DNA from: Rebecca billardiae RCC1528
Lineage: Eukaryota; Protista; Haptophyta
Assembly (NCBI GenBank): GCA_965240325.2
Contig: OZ251229.1
Span: 992,001 to 1,056,000 of the forward strand
Length of the DNA stretch: 64,000 nucleotides
Direction of reading: 5' to 3'
Part shown: positions 10,472 through 20,635 of the stretch, piece by piece
Position numbering within the stretch: the stretch's first letter is position 1
Layout of the letters: each line of letters starts with the position of its first letter
Notes under the pieces: model-generated
Database searches by the model: none
What the model was told of the DNA's origin: nothing
What the model saw: the letters and a program-made list of their open reading frames with translations, nothing else
Position numbers and translations under genes: made by a program

Positions 10472-13469
10472 TTAGAAGAAGGTCCACATGCCCGAGCGCA
10501 CGGCGCTGTCCTCGAGCTCACTGACGGGCCTGTACCGGTACTTCCAGCGCGTCGCCTCGCGCTCCGAGTCCGCGTACTCGCGGTCGAGGCGGTACTGGCC
10601 GAGCAGGCCGGAGGCGACGACCGCGTCGGCCGCCGCGTCGACCGCGGGCCGCGCGGCGGCGAGCACCTTCTCGCACTCGGCGGCCTCGGACTCGAAGAGC
10701 TGCCGCCGCAGCCTCTCCACCTGCGTCGCCGGCTTGAGCACGGCGTACACGCGCTCGATGCGGCGCAGCGGCAGGTCGTGCTCGCGCGAGCCCGGGGGGA
10801 AGGCCCTGCGCAGCCAGCGCGCGCGCGCCAGCTCGGCGTCGAGCGACGGCCAGTAGCGCGAGGTGATCAGCGGGAGCTCCTGTGTGCACGGGGGCGGGGT
10901 GGGCGCGGCGCGGAGGAGCGGGGCGGGGCGCGGGGAGCTCGGCGGCGGCAGGCCGCGTGCGCTCGACGCCCGCGCCACGCCTCGCGGCTGACGGCGCCAG
11001 CACCCGCGGAGGCCTCGGCCACGTGCTGCGGGCGCCGCGCGCAGCCGCGGCGCCGCAGAGCGCGCCGGCTCGCTCCGGACCGCTCGGTGCCCGGCGGCGC
11101 AGCGCGCAGCGCGCAGCGCGCAGCGCGCACCTGCTTGTGGAACCACGCCTCGGAGCGCGCGATGGACGCGCTGACCGCGTTGTGCAGCTTCCACACGAAC
11201 AGCCGCAGGCTCGCCCCGTCCTTGATCTCGGCCAGCTTGTCCTCCCTGCGCGGAGCGCGCACGGCAGCGGGCGCAGCGGGCGCGGCGCGCGCACGGCAGC
11301 GGGCGCAGCGGGCGCGGCGCGCGGCAGTGAGCGCGCAGCGGGCGGGGCGCGCGAGGCGGCGGCAGTCGGCGCGTCCGCGGGGCGAGCCGGCGCGGCAGCG
11401 CGCGGGCGCGCAGCAGCGCGCACAGCGAGCTGCCCACAGCGCCCTCGCCGGGCACGCGCCCCAGCAGCAGATAGTCGAGGGGGTACAGGGAGACCTCCGC
11501 GTTGAGCGCCACGTACGCGTTGAAGTGGTGCCGGCAGTAGCTGACAACGGCGGCGGCGGGCGGCGAGAGCAGGCGCGGCGGCAGGTGAGCGCGCGCGCCT
11601 GAGGGTGGGGCGCGCGCGAGGGAGACGAGCACGCACGCACGCACGCTACGCTGCGCGCGGGCGAGCGCGCCGCGCGCGCGCACGGGCACGGGTAGTTGAG
11701 CGCGAATGCGCCCAAGAATTTCTTGAACTGCGCGACGCGCGCCCCCTCCGTGACGTCGCCGCGCACGGCGGTCGCGATCGAGCCGTCTGCGCCCGCGATC
11801 GCCGCCTCCTCCGCGGCCGCGTGCAGCAGCAGCCACGTCGCCGTGCCCAGGTAGTAGGGGAAGGACAGCCGCATCGCCGCCGCCTCGACGTCGCCGCGCC
11901 CGAGCTGCTCGTCGATGAATGGAATGTACGCGCAGAGGTGGCCCGTGCAGCGGTGGCGCGCGCCCTCCTCGTCGCGCTCGCGGCTGCGCGGCGCGCACGC
12001 GGCGCGCCCGCCCACGGCGCGGCGCGCGGCGCGCGCACACAGCACATCGCACGGCGCTGCGAGTGACGAGCGAGCGCGAGTGCGGCGCCGACGCGCGCGC
12101 GCGCGCGCGCACGCGGCCGCGCGCACCGCTTGTCGACGCCCCAGAGGTACTCCCGCGCGGCCTCCCACGCGTGCATCACCACGCGCTTCTTGCCCGCGTC
12201 GAGGCGCGGCCAGCCCTCCACCACGTCCCGGCCGTACGGCTCAAAGCCGCCCGCCTCGCGCTCCTGCGTGAACCACGCGTCCAGGTCGGGCTCGGACCGA
12301 ATGCGCATGCCCGGCCGTCCCGAGACGAGCGCGTCAAGCAGCAAGGGCATAAAGCGCTGGTACCAGAAGGCGTTGGGCATCATGGCGCCCGGGACGTGCT
12401 CGTCCAGCTCCTCCCACACCACTGTGTTCCATTGCTCCGAGTAGGGCACCGCGCCGTCCGCGCGGCCGCCGCGCGCCAGCTCGGTCGCCTCCGCGGCCGC
12501 GAGACGAGCGTCTTCGGACTGAGGGCGCGGCGCGCGGCGCAGCCGGGGCGGGCGCGCGGCGGAGGGTTCGAGTCCACGCGCGCACGCACGGCAAGCAGCC
12601 CGAAGACGCGCGGCTCGCGCGCACACACAAGGGGAGCACACACACACACACACGCACGCACACACACACACAGGGGGAGTGCAGTGCACTCACACAAGGG
12701 GAGCACACACACACGCACACACAAGGGGGGAGTGCAGTGCACACACCTGCTTGGCAGACTTCACCTCCTTCAGCACAGTCATGAACGAGGCCGCGGCGCC
12801 CGGGGACGGCGAGTCGGGCGCGCCCAGGCCGTCGCTGCTCGCCGAGTCGGACCGCGAGCGCAGCGAGCGGCGCACCGCCGACTGCATCTTCGCCTTCGTG
12901 TGCGAGGACGATGAGCGCGCCGCCTCCTGACGCAGGTGGCACGCGCGCGCCTCGCCGCTCAGGTCGACCGGGTTGAAGCCGGCGATGCGCTGCTCGAGCT
13001 CGGCATGCGCGGTGCGCAGCGTGGCGATCAGCTCGTGCGCGAGCTGCCGCGACTCCGCGTCGAGGATGCCCAGCTGCAGCACGAGCCGCAGCGTCTGCTC
13101 GGCAAAGTCGCAAAAGCTCGGGAACGTGTACGGCATGCCGCGCACGCGGCGGTGGGTCTCGTGGTGGGCGGCGGCGCTGGCGCGGTGCGCGCGGTACGCG
13201 GCGCCAGCGATGAGACGGATCGCCGAGTTGAGCACGCGCTCGGGCGGCACGCCCGGACTCTCCAGCCGGTGCACCTGCAGCTGCGTGTAGCGCAAGAGGC
13301 TGCCCTCGCGATCTGCGCCGAGGTCGAGCGGCGCGGCGAACGACACGCGGCCGGAGGCACTCGAACCCGAGCGCGCGGCGCGGCTCGACCTGCGCAGCAG
13401 GTAGAACGCCCCCGCCGCGCCGAGCGCCACCCCCGCGGTCATGCCGAAGACGAGCTCGCGCGCCTGCAT
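10472..13469 (-). CDS. Membrane-anchored Erv1/Alr-family FAD-dependent sulfhydryl oxidase-domain protein (~684 aa); exons 13469-12747, 12518-12127, 11983-11684, 11540-11424, 11245-11131, 10879-10472
   Basis: Five GT-AG introns keep the reading frame (total 2055 nt). The spliced product has LGTATWLLLH, a redox CPYC formed across an intron, and LFVWKLHNAV, which are the Erv/ALR signature elements. It also has an N-terminal hydrophobic helix. Confidence 0.8.
12620..12746. repeat. Intronic (CA)n / CACAAGGGG(G)AG(TGCAGTG) compound minisatellite
   Basis: Repeated CA runs separated by AAGGGGAG and GTGCAGTGC units inside intron 1 of the Erv-domain gene. Confidence 0.85.
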
Positions 13470-13676
13470 CGCGGTCCAGACGAGGGGTCCTCCGGCGGTC
13501 GTCCGTCCTCGGCCGCTCTGAAGCGGTGTCTTTTCACATCAGTTAATTTGTTTGGACTCTAATACAGTTTAATGTTACTAAAGTAACTATGACTAAAGTA
13601 TCATACAGTAGTACAAGTATTTTCATTGATGACGATTGTACGTCGAGTTCGAGCAGACCCTGATCATGAGAGTCGA

Positions 13677-14786
13677 TCACTTCTCGCGGCCAGCGGCTTG
13701 CGGCCCTGCTGTCGAGGGAGCGCCGTTGACGCTCAACGCGGGGGTCAAGCCCGCGAACGCGCCCGACTCCGGCTCGCCGTCACTGCCGCGCGCGCCGCCG
13801 TGCGCGTGTGCGAGCGTGTCCTCCCTGAAGGCGAGGGCCTCGTGCACGGCCACCGTCACGACCACGATAATGCCGCCGGCCACCGTGTACATCGTCGGGA
13901 CCTCGCCGAGCACGATGAACGTGCTGAGCGGGCCAAGCAGCCCCTCGAGCTGCACGATGAGCGACACCTCCGTCGCGGGGATCAGCCTACCCGCCAGGGT
14001 GAAGCCAGTGATGCTCAGCCCAGTGCAGAGCGTGCCGTTGATCAGCAGCCAGCCCACGGCTGCCGCGCTGGGCGCGAGCGGCGCGCCCGCCGGCTGCAGC
14101 GCGGGGGCGAGCGCGAAGCCGGCGCCGGCGGTGGTGACGAAGCCGGCCAGGTTCGCGTACAGCATCTGCGCCTCGGGCGTGCGCACGGCCGCCATCTCGA
14201 TCAGCACGACAAAGATACCGAGGAAGAAGCCGGTCCCAACTGCCAGGAGGGTGCCGAGCACGCGCCGCGAGAGCGGCTCGCCGGCCGTGCGCCCCTCTTC
14301 GGAGCCGAGGCCGACGCCGACCGCGACGACAATGCTCCCCGCGAGCGCGACCACCGCCGCCACCAGCGTGCGCATCGGTGCGCGCGAGTTCAGCAGCAGC
14401 CGGCTGAAGAGCGCCGACCACAGCGGCGCCAGGCTGGAGAAGGCAAGGACGTTGGCGGAGGTGGTGAAGGCGAAGCCAAGCGTGTAGCAGATCTCAATGC
14501 ACACCATCACAACGCTCGCGACGGCGATGTACCTCCGCCCGAGCGGGCTCGGCCACGTGATGAACGGCTCGGAGCCGCTCCAGCCCAGCCGATCAACTGC
14601 CCAGAGCGCGCACAGGATGGCCGCCATGGCGACCGAGGCGGCCACGTACTTCCAGATGACGACGGCCGCGTCAGAAAGGCCGTCGCGGATGCCCAGTTTG
14701 ACCAGCAGCCCGTCGGAGGCCACGCCAAACGAGGAGACGACCGCGAGCGGCAGGCCGAGCCGACGCATGGCGTTGCTCGCCTCCAT
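13677..14786 (-). CDS. EamA / drug-metabolite transporter (DMT) family protein
   Basis: About 10 hydrophobic helices. Motifs FAFTTSANVLAFSSLAPLWSALFSRLLL and IPATEVSLIVQLEGLLGPL..FIVLGEVP are typical of EamA repeats. Confidence 0.88.
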   Translation of the reverse strand: MEASNAMRRLGLPLAVVSSFGVASDGLLVKLGIRDGLSDAAVVIWKYVAASVAMAAILCALWAVDRLGWSGSEPFITWPSPLGRRYIAVASVVMVCIEICYTLGFAFTTSANVLAFSSLAPLWSALFSRLLLNSRAPMRTLVAAVVALAGSIVVAVGVGLGSEEGRTAGEPLSRRVLGTLLAVGTGFFLGIFVVLIEMAAVRTPEAQMLYANLAGFVTTAGAGFALAPALQPAGAPLAPSAAAVGWLLINGTLCTGLSITGFTLAGRLIPATEVSLIVQLEGLLGPLSTFIVLGEVPTMYTVAGGIIVVVTVAVHEALAFREDTLAHAHGGARGSDGEPESGAFAGLTPALSVNGAPSTAGPQAAGREK

Positions 14787-14901
14787 GGCGCTGGATGGCT
14801 TGGAGATCAAGAATCGTAGTGCGGAATCAAGCTCAAGCGATTCCCGCGCCCCGCCATTGTCACCCGGCGGCTATCTGCCTGCAGTTTACTAAGATCGAAT
14901 A

Positions 14902-14948
14902 TCTCGCCTGCCTGAGCTGTGTGCGTCTCTTATTCTTAGTCAACTGTA
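14902..14948 (+). repeat. Dispersed repeat motif A (copy 1)
   Basis: TCTCGCCTGCCTGAGCTGTGTGCGTCTCTTATTCTTAGT, also found at ~58858 and ~59078. Confidence 0.85.
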
Positions 14949-15021
14949 AGAGACGCACCGACAGCTCACTGGCAGGCGAGTATCTCCTGCACCAGGTGGT
15001 CGCGCCAATGGCGATACGCCC

Positions 15022-16695
15022 ATGCTCGTGAAGCGGCTGCTCGGGGCAGCCGTCGTCAGCACAGCGTGTGTGATTGCGTGGCAGCCGGCGACCGGGGCCC
15101 CGCCGTCCTTCCTGAAACGCGGGATCGTCCACGAGGGCGAGCCCTCGCAATTTGCTCCCGTCATCGAGCGAGTGCTGCGCGGCGAGCCACTCACAATCCT
15201 CGGCCTCGGCTCGTCGATCACAGCGATTTACGGTGGGTGCACGCGCGGCTTGCAGAGCTTCTGCCCTATGCACTGCGGTATCACGTGCCAGAAGCCAGCG
15301 AGCATGGTGCTTGACGGTTGGATGCGCCTCGTCGTCGACGCGGACGCGAGGCAAGGCGCATGGGTGCCGCAGCAGCTGAGGCGGCACGTCAATCACACCA
15401 TCTACAATGGCGGGCTCGGAGGGACGTCGCTCACGCTGTTCGGCGAATGCGTGCGCCACTGGGCACCCCGTGGCGTGCATCTCGCCATCCTCGAGTTTGG
15501 GATGCTTGGCCGCGGCAAAGCGAGCGTGGAGCGCGCGGTGCGCGCGGTGCGCTCCCTCGACGGCAGCCCTGCCGTCATTTTCGCCAACTTCATCGATGGC
15601 TACCACGAGCTGGGCGGCAACAAGCACAAGCTCGGCACGCGCTTGGCCGACGGCACCGTCGTCAGCTCGGACAGCCTGCGCTTCAATCGCTCCACCCCCG
15701 TCGAGGACATGCTCAGCGAGCTCGCGCGCCACTACGGCGCGGCGCTCGTCTCCGCGCGCGCTGCCGTGTGGACGGCGCTGCATGAGCGCGGCTTCACGCT
15801 CGAGGAGCTGACGTCGGACGGACGCCATCCGACGCGGAGGGGCTCGGCGCTGATGGCGGACATGCTCATCACTCTGATCCGCCGCCTCACCTCGCGGGCT
15901 CGCCGCTCATCGCCCACGGGCGCCGTCGGCGCGCGTGGGGCACACGTGCCGCCGTCGAGGCCGGCGCTGCCGGCGCCAGTGGCGCTCACCTCGGAGCGCA
16001 TCAACCACGAGTGCTACGCCTTCCTCCGCGACGACTCGCGCAGCGCGGGCAAGGATCTGTACATGCTCCTCGGCAAGGCCGCGCGGCTGGTGGTCGACAA
16101 GCATGGCTTCGTCTTTGTCGAGACCGAGGACGGCGGTGCGGGGAGGCGCAAGCCCGGACTGATCGCATCCACGCCGGGTGCCAGCGCGCGCGTGCGCGTG
16201 GACACGCGCGCGCGCTTCTCCTTGGGGCAGCCGTACGTCACGCTGGCCTACCTCACCTCGTATGAGCACATGGGCCGGGCGAACGTGAGCTGCGCGCGCG
16301 CGTGCTCTTGCCAGCCGGTGCAGGTCGACGCGCATGCCACAGTCGGGCACAAGTCCGTCACGCGCGCGCTCACGCTGCACGTCTCGCCCGCCGCCGCATG
16401 CGAGCTCGAGGTGCGCGTGTTGCCCGGCACGAGCTCAGGGGAGCACAAGTTCAAGCTGATGGGGCTGTACGTCGGCGAGACCTTCCCCTGGGCGTCGGGT
16501 GCATCACGGGGGACGACTCCTCACTCGGTCGACGCAGCCGCTCCGTCTGCCAGGCACTCGGTGGCAGCACGAGACTCACGAGAGGATGAGCTGTGCGTTG
16601 CGTGCCTCCCGCAGCTTGGCCGGCGGCGGCTCCAGGTGTCACGAGGCCCTGGTAGGACAGTCTGGCCTCATGGGCCAGGCCGCCCGCGTGGGTGA
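15022..16695 (+). CDS. Secreted SGNH/GDSL hydrolase-type protein
   Basis: Signal peptide, block I LGSSIT, block II NGGLGG, block V DGRHP, and a C-terminal beta-sandwich (LAYLTSYEHMGRA...SSGEHKFKL) common in algal SGNH proteins. Confidence 0.8.
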   Translation: MLVKRLLGAAVVSTACVIAWQPATGAPPSFLKRGIVHEGEPSQFAPVIERVLRGEPLTILGLGSSITAIYGGCTRGLQSFCPMHCGITCQKPASMVLDGWMRLVVDADARQGAWVPQQLRRHVNHTIYNGGLGGTSLTLFGECVRHWAPRGVHLAILEFGMLGRGKASVERAVRAVRSLDGSPAVIFANFIDGYHELGGNKHKLGTRLADGTVVSSDSLRFNRSTPVEDMLSELARHYGAALVSARAAVWTALHERGFTLEELTSDGRHPTRRGSALMADMLITLIRRLTSRARRSSPTGAVGARGAHVPPSRPALPAPVALTSERINHECYAFLRDDSRSAGKDLYMLLGKAARLVVDKHGFVFVETEDGGAGRRKPGLIASTPGASARVRVDTRARFSLGQPYVTLAYLTSYEHMGRANVSCARACSCQPVQVDAHATVGHKSVTRALTLHVSPAAACELEVRVLPGTSSGEHKFKLMGLYVGETFPWASGASRGTTPHSVDAAAPSARHSVAARDSREDELCVACLPQLGRRRLQVSRGPGRTVWPHGPGRPRG

Positions 16696-16890
16696 CCCAC
16701 ATCATATCATTCGTCATATCGTCATCATCATCCGCGCCGCGTCAGCAGTCTGCGCGGTATCCGATATCCGTGAGTCAGACAGGCGGTGAGTCCGCCTTAC
16801 GAGTCAGACTAGCTACTGTCCGGAAATATACTCTCGGCATCATTGATGCATTTGCTAAGTGCCCTAGGCCTATGATAGCAGCGCGCGCAT

Positions 16891-19800
16891 TCACTGTGTC
16901 TGCTCATCCCACCGCTCGACGTAATCGCCCTCCGCGCCGCGAGGCCAGAAGAAGCGCGCAAACTGCTCGCATGCGGCGACGCCGGCCAGCCCGAGCAGCT
17001 CGTCGCAGTACGCCTGCAGCAGCCGCAGCCGCCCCTCGACCGCAGGGCCGTCGAGCGGCTGCGGCGCGCCCCACGTCCACGGCCGGTACCTCCCTTTCTT
17101 CAGCTCGGCCACCACGCGCGGGAACTGCGCCCGAGGCAGCGCCTTCTCCAGCTCAAACTGCAGGGCCACAAAGTGCGAGTACCGCCGGTGCACGACGCAG
17201 CGGAACGGGCCGATCCGCGCCTCCGCGCGGTAAAGCGTCACGAGCGCCGGGCTCCCACCGCCGCCGCCGCCGCCGTCGGCGTCCCCATCGCGCATCTCCA
17301 CCCCCGTGATCTGCACCGCCGCCACGCGGTGCAGCCCCAGCCCGGACGCGTCCACGGGCGGCGCGCCGCCGGAGCGCGTCGAGGACGTGCTGCCCTCGGC
17401 GGCGCACCCACCGCCCGGCGAGTCGATCGCGCTCATCGGCGAGGTCTCGACGAGCTGCGCGCCGCCGCCGCCCAGGGGCGAGAGCACGCCCGCATCGGCG
17501 TCCGCATGCGCGTCGACGCCCGCGCCGGCCGCGCCCGCTGTCGGTGAAGACGCGTCGCGCGCTTGCGGACGCGCGGCCTGGGCGCTCGGAGTGCCGCTGC
17601 CGCTGCACGCCGCGGGCACGTACGTGACGGAGACCACCGGGCTGGCCTCTCGCGAGCGCGAGGAGTCGGGTGCCGACGGCGGCGTCGCCAGGATGCCCGA
17701 GCACACGCCAGAGGGCGACATGCCGGCGGGCGAGAGCGGAGAGGCCACCCCGCCGCCGCCGGCCGCTGCGGCCGCGCCCGACGCCTGCGCGGACGCGTGA
17801 GCCGCGCAGTCGCTGTGGAGCACCCGCACGCGCACGCGCGCGGCGGGGCTGGGCACGGCGGGCGCGGCTCCGGGGCTGCCGCGCGCGGCCGCGGAGGAGG
17901 GCGCCGGGCGGCTGGGCGCGGGCTCGGCGGGCGAGGGCAGCAGGATCCCTGCGCTGCTCCCCCAGCTCATCCGCCTCCCCTCGCTCTGCCGCCACGAGCC
18001 CTCCTCAGCCGAGCCCTCCTCAGCTGAGTCCGGGACCTCCGCCGCCTCCGCCGCCTCGTCCTGCAAGGGCGAGGCGCGCGCGTGCGGGTGGGCGCGGGCG
18101 TCCGCCGCGGCGGGCGGTGCGGCGCGGTCCGGGAGAGCGTTGCCCGCCACCGCGGTGGCATCACCGGGCGGCGCACGACTCCCATCCTCCTCGCCCCGCG
18201 CACGCGGCGGCGTGCCGCCTGCCGCCGCACCACCGCCCGCGAGCGCGGCTCCAGCCGCGGGCTCAGAGCCGTTGCCGCTGCCTCTCAGCGCAGCGCGTGC
18301 GGCGCCCGGCTGCGTGGCCTTACCGCCAGCGGGCGGCGTGAGCGCGCCGCCCTCTGCCGTGTCACCGCCGCGGTACTCGGCGGCCGCGCGCCCGTCGGCG
18401 TTCGCCATGTCGTCGTACCTCGGCCAGTGGTCCGCGCCGGCTGCGGGCGGCAGCGTCGGGTCGGCCAGCCCATCAGCATGGCCGCCGTCAGCATGGCTGC
18501 CGTGCAGCGCCTCGAGCTGACGAAACGCGGAGCCCGGCGCGTCGTCGATGGCGTCGAGCTGCTCGAGGGCCGAGACCATGTGCACGGCGTGCGCGCGCGC
18601 CGCTCGGCCCTCGAGAGGCGCGCGCGCCTCCTCCTCGGCGGACGTGTGCGCGGCCTTGGGTGTCACAGCCGCGGCGCGCGCGCCGCCGGGCGGCGTGCGC
18701 GGCGCGCGCCCGCCGCCGCTGCCGCCCTTTTGCGCCTGTCCGCCACCTGCGGCTTCGCGCACGAGCGCACGCGTGTCCTCCAGCCCCTCGTCGCCGATGG
18801 ATGGGCGCGCAGCGGGCTTCGCTCGCCTCCGACGGCCTGAGCCTTTGCCCGGCTCAGCCGCCTGCGCACGCGCACCGCCGACGCCCCTGGCCTGCGGTGC
18901 GTGCGTGGCCGCCGCGGCGGGCGCGCGCGCAGCCGCGGGGCTAGCGCCGCCGAGATTGCGTGCCGCCGCGCCCGCCGGCGCGGCGTGTGGCTCTAGCAGC
19001 TGCGCGCCCGCCGACGCGACGCCCAGGCCGGCGTCTGCGCGCTTCGCCCCGTCCTCAGCGCCGGCCCCGCCGTCGCCGGCCGCCGGCTGCGCCACTCGCC
19101 CGCTGGCCGCGCTCGGCGCCGGCACCGGCGGGGCAGGCGGTGTCGCCGCGCCGTCGGCAGCGGGCTGCGGCCACTGCGAGAGCGCGAGCGGCAGCTCGAA
19201 GCGGATCTGCGACAGCGGCTCGAGCAGGCACAGGAACGTGCTCCGCTGCAGCTCGTCGCACAGCAGCGCCGCCTCGGCGTAGTGCGCCTCGCGCAGCGCG
19301 CGCTCCTCCAGCACAAGCCCGAGGTCGGCGTGCAGCTGCGCGCGGTTGAGCTCCCAGCAGAGCCACGCGTGCGCGCGCTCGCGGTCGCCGCCGCCCACGC
19401 CGGCCGCGCGCGCCGCCGCGACGCCCGCCGAGGAGGTGCCCCCGAACAGCTCGAGCTGCTCGAGCAGCTGCCAGAAGTGCGCCGAGCGCAAGAAGTGCCC
19501 GACCCGCGAGGAGTACCCGTGCTCGAGCACAGCCTCGATCGCCATCAGTAGGGCGAGCGCCGCGTCGCCGTCGTCGAGCGCGTTGAGCGGGCGCGAGACC
19601 TCCGTCGCGCGCACGAGCAGCGCGTTCGCGCTCATGCGCAGCCGCTGCACGAGCACCGTCGTCGAGTTGGGCGGGCTCGACGCCGCGCCTCGGCGCGCGG
19701 GCGAGGCCGTCGGGGCGACGCTTGGCGCGCCCGCGGGCACGGGCAGCGGCAGGCTCGAGCCCGCTGCGCCGCCCGACGAGCCGGCGGCCGGCGGCACGGG

Positions 19801-20417
19801 CGCCTGGAAGACGGCGGCCCAACGCTCGCGGAGCATGTTGTACACCTCGTCCCGGTCGGAGAAGGAAGCGAGTGTCACCTGCGCGCCGGAGCGCCGCGGA
19901 CGCACGCGTGAGGTGGGGAGGCGCGCGCGCGCACGTGTGGGCAGCGTGCGCGCGCGCGCACGCGCCCCGCGCGCGAGCGGCGGGCGCGCGCCCGCGCGCG
20001 CCCGCGCGCGGCCCGCACCGTGCGCCCGCCGATGTGGATGTCCACGCCGTGCGGCAGGAAGAGCGCCAGGTTGCGCTTGCCCAGCTCCTCGACCGACTGG
20101 AACCGAATCACCTCGATGACCTCGTGGCCAAGGACGGAGGCGAAGAAGCCGGCGGCGGACTCGAAGATGAAGAGCTTGCCCGGAAACTGCGTCTGCGACG
20201 TCTCGAGCGCGCACGAGTACGCCGCGAGCAGCTGCTCGCCTGCCACGCCAAAGATGCGCTCCAGCGCGCGCTGCATGTCGTCGCCGTCGTCGTCCACGTG
20301 GGCGCTGGGCGCGTCCGCCGCGGCGGCGGGCGCGGCTGGCGCGAGCTGGGGCTCGGCGTCGATGGCCGCGACGGCGGGCACGCCCTCGCCATTGCCCTCG
20401 CCTCCCGCTGCGGCCAT
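16891..20417 (-). CDS. GRAM + RUN + PX domain protein (~1128 aa); exons 20417-20019, 19878-16891
   Basis: GRAM: YSCAL...GKLFIFESAAGFFASVLG...IRF, completed after a phase-0 intron by VTLASFSDRDEVY. RUN: LLMAIEAVLEHG...RAHAWLCWELN...HYAEAALL...LLEPLSQIRF. PX: VTLY...VHRRYSHFVALQFEL...RLRLLQAYCDELL. Confidence 0.8.
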
Positions 20418-20635
20418 GGCGGCCTCGCCCGGGGGTGAACAAGACCGACCCCACCGCACGATGCCGGGTGGACAAGATGCTTCTGACGAAGCAGCGCGGG
20501 CTCGATTTTCCTTTTCCATGCCTCCATTTTCTTTTTTCCTTTGGGCCGAAGAGCGACCGTTGGCCGCCGGTTCGAGTGGCCGAGCTTGGCCAGTACCCAG
20601 GCTGGGCAGGGAGGCTCGAGTTGCCCGCGCGCGTC

